The notes below the pieces were generated by a model, which saw nothing but the letters and a program-made list of their open reading frames with translations, was not told the DNA's origin and made no database searches. A program made the position numbers and the translations under genes. Below, in pieces: positions 62,555-64,000 of a stretch of DNA of 64,000 nt (position 1 is the first letter of the stretch; every line of letters starts with the position of its first letter). Source of the DNA: the human T2T-CHM13v2.0 reference genome, Homo sapiens; assembly GCF_009914755.1 (NCBI RefSeq), contig NC_060939.1; one strand, 5' to 3'.

Positions 62555-63360
62555 ATAATTGGTTTGGCAATAATAGACAAAAATATAGTGACTTAAACAA
62601 AACAGAAGTTTGTTTGTCTGTCACATAAGTCTAGAGGTAGGCAGCCCAAGGCTGGGATGGCAGATTTCTACACAATATCCTCAGGATCTCAGGCTCTTTT
62701 CAGTCCACTGCTTTGCCAACCCTAGGGTATGGTTCTTGCTCTTATGGACTGAAATGGTAACTACCACATCCTCTAAGTAACAGGCTGAAAGAACACAGAA
62801 AGAATGGGAGTGGAAGGAAAGGGAGACAAAGAGTATGTGCCAAGGCCTTTAAGAAAAGTTCCCGGATTCCATTTCTTCTGTATATCCATTGGCTAAACCA
62901 CTGTGACAGCCATACTTAATTTCAAGTGGAACTGAGAATATATTCTTTATTCTTGGTAGCATGTGCTTAGATAGAAATTAGGGGTTCTGGGGCCAGGTGT
63001 GGTAGCTCATGCCCATAATCCCAGCACTTTAGGAGGCTGAGACAGGAGGATTGCCTGAGCCCAGGTGTTTGAGACCAGCCTATAGGCAATATAGTGAGAC
63101 CCTGTTTCTAGAAAAATATTTAAAAATTAGCCAGGTGTAGTGGTATATGCCTATAGTCCTAGCTACTTGAGAGGCTGAGGTGGGAGGACTGCTTGAATCC
63201 AGGAGTTCAAGGTGATTGCACCACTGCACTCCAGCCTGGTGAAACAAGAAAGAAAAGAAAAGGAAAAGAAGAGAGAGGAAGGAAGGAAGGAAGGAAGGAA
63301 GGAAGGAAGGAAGGAAGGAAGGAAGGAAGGAAATTAGGGGTTCTATATCATTATGGAAAA
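62555..63360 (-). mobile_element. Old MLT1-like LTR with an AluJ (62991-63245, +) carrying a (GGAA)n tail; TSD gaaattaggggttct
   Basis: tagtgacttaaacaaaacagaagtt...ctagaggtaggcag motif; TSD at ~62974 and ~63330. Confidence 0.7.
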
Positions 63361-63521
63361 AAGAGAAACAGACATTCAGAAATTAACTGGCAGACTTGGC
63401 CAATGACTCATAATGTATCTAATTACAGAAAACACTACCAAAAGCTAGAAAAAAAATCTAGTCACAAAGGATGAAATAACTAAGATGAACTACACACTAA
63501 ATTAAACAGTTTAGGAAATGA

Positions 63522-63907
<386 letters not shown>

Positions 63908-64000
63908 AGAGAACACTTTTAATAAGGATAGTCAGAGGCATTATCCATCAGCTACATTAAAGCAAGTTTTAAAAAACGGTTACATGAGCAATAATTAAGA

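Overview
Human or great-ape genomic DNA with no intact protein-coding gene. Positions 1-14000 hold the 5' part of an unprocessed sorbitol dehydrogenase pseudogene on the minus strand, most likely SORD2P (15q21). Its exon 2 (2364-2397) is intact. Its exon 1 (13795-~14000) has lost its splice donor (GT>AT) and shows CpG decay. Immediately upstream, the native promoter is gone: a deletion joins the exon-1 leader to a ~79-bp stub of the 3' LTR of a co-oriented LTR12/HERV9-type provirus (14003-28400). That provirus sits inside an Alu, which sits inside the 3' LTR of an LTR8 (HUERS-P1-like) provirus (28670-35408). A full-length L1PA6-like element interrupts it exactly at the RT catalytic DD codons. 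A second full-length L1PA6-like element lies in the opposite orientation (42520-48687) and shares private variants with the first, including two ORF2 frameshifts. The rest is ordinary repeat-rich DNA (Alu, L1M, L2, MIR, MaLR, MER2/20/33) plus a processed U1 snRNA pseudogene. The best leads are (1) a possible retroviral promoter and first-exon replacement for the SORD pseudogene and (2) gene conversion, and possibly inversion, between the inverted L1 pair that flanks that promoter. Repeat subfamily names and reference sequences are recalled from memory and need confirming with RepeatMasker/BLAST.
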